In this document: positions 61,166 to 64,000 of the stretch, in pieces | Layout of the letters: every line of letters begins with the position of its first letter | Numbering within the stretch: the stretch's first letter is position 1 | Origin: Lama glama | Taxonomy: Eukaryota | Direction: 5' to 3' | Assembly: GCA_028534125.1 (NCBI GenBank) | Contig: CM052832.1 | Coordinates: 13,766,001-13,830,000, forward strand | Length of the DNA stretch: 64,000 nucleotides | The notes under the pieces: model-generated | Database searches by the model: none | The model's input: the letters and a program-made list of their open reading frames with translations, nothing else | What the model was told of the DNA's origin: nothing | Translations under genes and position numbers: made by a program

Positions 61166-63304
61166 AAAATGGTGCTTGCCAACACCAGTGTCCACGTGGT
61201 AGAATGAGCTCCCAAAAATGGCAGCTGCCAGTGTCTTTGTTCCCAGGGTGAGCTTCAGTTACCTCCTGCCTCTCCAGGAGACTCTCCAAAATCAGCAGAT
61301 GGGTCTGACCCAGGCTCCTTTCAAATTACTGCTTTTGCCCTGAGTCCTAGAGAACATGAAATTTTGTGTATGCCATTTTAAGAGTGGAGTCTCTATTTCC
61401 TGCAACCTTCTGGGTCTCCTGAAAGTAAGCCTCCACTGGCCTTCAAAGCCAAACATTCTGGGGGCTGGTCTTTCCAATGCTGGACCTCCTGGGTTGAGGA
61501 GCCCAGTGTGGGGCTCAGACGCATTGCTCCTTGGGGAAAACGTTTGCAGTTGTATTTATCCTCCTGTTTGTGGGTTAACCATCCAGGAGTATAGGTCTTG
61601 ACGATACCACAGCTCTGCCCCTCCTACTCAATTTGTTGTGGTTCCTTCTTTATACCTTTAGTTGTAGATGATCTTTTCTGCTAGATTCTAGTCTTTCTCA
61701 TCAATATTTGCTCTGTAAATAGTTGTAATTTTGGTTTACCTGTAAGAGGAGGTGAGTCAATGTCTTCCTACTTCGCCATCTTGGCCAAACTCCTTACCAT
61801 TTTTTCCTCTCATTTTAGTCATTAAAACATTGTACGTGTTTCAGGAAGTTTGTTCCTGTTCTTCTTCCCTTTACCCTGTTCCCATCCACTGCCTGAAGGT
61901 AACCATTTCACTCATTTCTGATGTATCCTTTTTTGTAAAAATGAGGAAATATGTATGTATTATTTGTTTCTCCATCTGTCTTAACACATGTGTAAAATAA
62001 CAAAAGTATACATTCTTTTGCACTGTACATTTTCCCCCAAACACTGTATCTTAGAAATCATTCCATATCACTTCTTAGAGATCCTTTGCATTCTTTTTAT
62101 GGATTCCCAGGTATTTTCAAGTTCTTCCTTCACTTAAAGAAACCCCAGCCAGAAATTATAGTTGATACATATGGGTATACATAAGGGTGTAGTTGCTACA
62201 AGAAAGGTGACTGGGAACATGAGTTAGTATATCCATATGCAAAGAAGTGGCCTCTTCACTTCTATGTTTTAGGTTATAGTAACTACTTGAGTGTATGTGT
62301 GTGTATGCCAGTGTATGTATTTTTCTGTTTTACCCAGCTTTTTCACTTGAAAAACTACCAGTGTGAGCACCTTGAATTACAGAGTTTTCAACATTTTTTG
62401 AGATTCTGTGTTTCCCCATAGGGTGAGTACAGAACAAAAAGTTAATGATACATAATATTGGAAAGGAAATGACAAAGCAGGCAGTCATATATTGCTAAAA
62501 GCAGTCTAATAAATTTGACACACCATCTATGAAGGGTGATGAATTTAGCAGTATGTATCAAAAAATAAGTTGCACATACACTTAGACCTGGCATTTCCTC
62601 TTCCAAGAATGTTACTCTGATATACATCACGTGTTAACAAATGTAAGTAAAAAGGTACCATAGTATTTAAGTAAGCCAGGTGGCACAATGCATTTTAGTA
62701 GTATAATAGTATAATAAAGCTTAGTTTACCTTAAAAATCAAGAAATACATTAGTTTCTTTGATTTACTGCTGCTTGAATTCATCTGAGATCACAAGGGAT
62801 TTCAAGTGACCATGAGACATTAAACTAAATTTTTAAAAAGTGTTAAGTGTAGAATATTTTTCAGTTAGGTGTTATTAAAAGGTTCCCCTGAGGTCGTAGA
62901 AATTCAGTAGAATTTCAGACTTATGAATTTTTCAAAACTATAGTATGGAAAATTGTTCTGTAATGTATCCTCCTGAAAGTGTTGTTTTGTAGGGTCTTAA
63001 GGTGACCCAAGATGACCCACGTTTTTGCTCTTGTAGTTAGCACCCCGGTTTTTGTGGGGCCCCTTGCAAATTAAGGGTCTCCTGATCTGCTGCTGTTACT
63101 GTCTCGTTTGTCTCCACTGCTGCTGGTGTCTGTTACCGCTCCACACCAAGACCTTTCTTTGTGAAAAGCTGTGAGTTGGCTGCCAGTGACCAGATGGCAA
63201 GAACTCTCAATAAGCAAGGAGAATCTTAATTCCTTGGTTTTGGATTAACCTAGGGATAGCTTTAATTTATGTTAGAAATGGAAAGGAGGGAATACTCTGC
63301 CTAT

Positions 63305-63870
63305 ATTTTAAAATCACCCTATTGAGGTACAATTTACAAATAATAAAATGAACTCATTCTAAGAGTACAGTTCAGTATATTTTGACAAAGGTAAGAACCA
63401 GTCAAAACTAGAACATTTTCATCATTGCAGAAACTTCAGTGTGTCGGTTCAGTCGCTCCCTCCTAATCCTGGCCGTAGGCAACACCAGGCTTCTTTCTGT
63501 CACAATAGATTAGTTTGGCTGATCAACAGTTTCATATAAATGGAATCATGTAGTGTGTACCCTTTAGTGTCAAGCTGCTTCTGCTCAGCATAATGCTTTT
63601 AAGTTTCCTCCGTGTTTCTTGCATGTATTAGTAGTTTGTTCCTATTTATTGCTGAATACTAATCTGTTGTGTGAATACACCTCAGTTTGTTCATCTCTTC
63701 TGCACTGATGGACATTTATGTTATTTTCTGTTTGGAGCTATTATGTAAAGTTTCTATAAATTCATGTACAAATTTTTGAGTAGACATATCTTTTCATTTC
63801 TCTTAGGATTTGAATTGCTGAAATACAGTTAATATCTGTTTAATTTTATGTGAAACTGTCAAATTTTTCA
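63305..63870 (-). mobile_element. Old LINE-1 3' end remnant
   Basis: tattgaggtacaatttac...tttcatataaatggaatcat...gatggacattt text typical of L1M 3' ends. Confidence 0.7.
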
Positions 63871-64000
63871 TTTGCGTTTTGAGTGTTTTAGGAAGTAATT
63901 GCCTACACTAAGGGTGAGAAGATACTCACATTTAGTTCTGGGGCAAGAGAGGGGAGTAACATGTCTTTTTTTTCTTCCTCCATAAAAATACAGGGACGTA

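Larger units (their letters stand above)
55400..61793 (-). mobile_element. Large old LINE-1 (5'UTR, ORF1 region, partial ORF2) interrupted by younger insertions
   Basis: Minus-strand peptides TEIQRIIRDYCKQL...DMDKFLE and [27 protein letters not shown]-richer 5'UTR 59500-61790; 5' terminus ggccaagatggcg (YY1-type motif) near 61774-61786. Confidence 0.88.

Noticed and set aside
1..64000. CRISPR array, operon or other prokaryote-type system
   Set aside because: No regularly spaced repeat-spacer structure or compact gene clusters; sequence is intron-rich mammalian DNA

Overview
Mammalian genomic DNA, probably camelid judging from its tRNA-derived SINEs. It is not prokaryotic, and most of the supplied ORF track is spurious or repeat-derived. 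On the + strand are the coding exons of SLC26A8 (testis anion transporter TAT1, 3616-29411). Two 500-N scaffold gaps fall where the N-terminal transmembrane exons and one STAS exon should be. Downstream are a decayed processed SOCS5 pseudogene on the - strand (~32255-35470), a 33-nt tailless U2 snRNA retrocopy with target-site duplication (TSD), and the CpG-island promoter plus first two coding exons of SRPK1 (43350-43950). The rest of the window is repeat-rich SRPK1 intron 2. Most notable: (1) SRPK1 intron 1, retained in the human SRPK1a isoform, is one nucleotide short of a continuous ORF here; (2) SLC26A8 appears to end at a premature TAG with a decayed ancestral tail behind it; (3) an 81-nt stop-free in-frame SLC26A8 intron; (4) the SOCS5 and U2 retrocopies and a three-level nested retroelement. 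I found no convincing new multi-gene system. Gene and repeat identities rest on recalled sequences, not database searches.
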